Assembly (NCBI RefSeq): GCF_001194135.2
Contig: NC_068983.1
Span: 84,400,397-84,464,396 of the forward strand
Direction of reading: 5' to 3'
DNA: 64,000 nucleotides
Source of the DNA: Octopus bimaculoides
Lineage: Eukaryota
The translations under genes and the position numbers were made by a program. Of the stretch, positions 63,792 through 64,000 are shown in pieces. The first letter of the stretch is position 1; every line of letters starts with the position of its first letter. The notes under the pieces are model-generated. The model was not told the DNA's origin, made no database searches, and saw only the letters and a list, made by a program, of their open reading frames with translations.

Positions 63792-63838
63792 GCTGTGCTG
63801 ATGATTCCAAAGGAAGATGAAATAGTGCTATACATGGC
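63792..63838 (+). ncRNA. Minimal type I hammerhead-like motif with a damaged helix II
   Basis: GCTGTG-CTGATGA-TTCC(aaa)GGAA-GAT-GAAA, self-complementary helix III ATAGTGCTAT, AUA triplet (A63832), then CATGGC pairing with GCTGTG through two G.U pairs. Confidence 0.55.
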
Positions 63839-64000
63839 TACCAAAGACTAGGAACTTTAAGAACTTCATATTATGTAGAAAGAAAAAGAAAAAAATTAAA
63901 TGTGCATAAATTCCTCAACTTAGTTTAATCTTGAAGCGATTTTCTCTCCTATAAAGCACACCCCATGCTATTTCTGTTGATATTTAATGATTAATATGTT

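Overview
AT-rich, repeat-dense eukaryotic genomic DNA with eight N gaps. The SINE families and the (AT)n/(CA)n/(AAT)n microsatellite load point to an octopus genome (inferred from recognised repeat sequences, no database search). No host protein-coding gene can be confidently assembled. Nearly all ORF-track entries are microsatellite, gap or SINE read-through, or retroelement pseudogene fragments. The window is mostly a transposon fossil record: two RTE LINE lineages, CR1/L2-type LINE pieces, a Dong/R4-type fragment beside (TAA)n, mariner and probable Merlin transposase remnants, several MITEs and dozens of tRNA-derived SINE copies. The most notable signal is a set of hammerhead-ribozyme-like motifs. 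One (18494-18587) has an intact catalytic core and sits inside a 238-bp inverted-repeat element whose antisense arm lacks exactly the cleavage-site segment. Four more degenerate or partial motifs lie at about 30.1, 33.6, 35.7 and 63.8 kb. CpG retention is strongly mosaic, which suggests methylated gene bodies separated by unmethylated promoter or intergenic zones, with candidate first exons at the boundaries. Repeat coordinates are approximate unless TIR/TSD positions are stated. All alignments and folds were done by eye.
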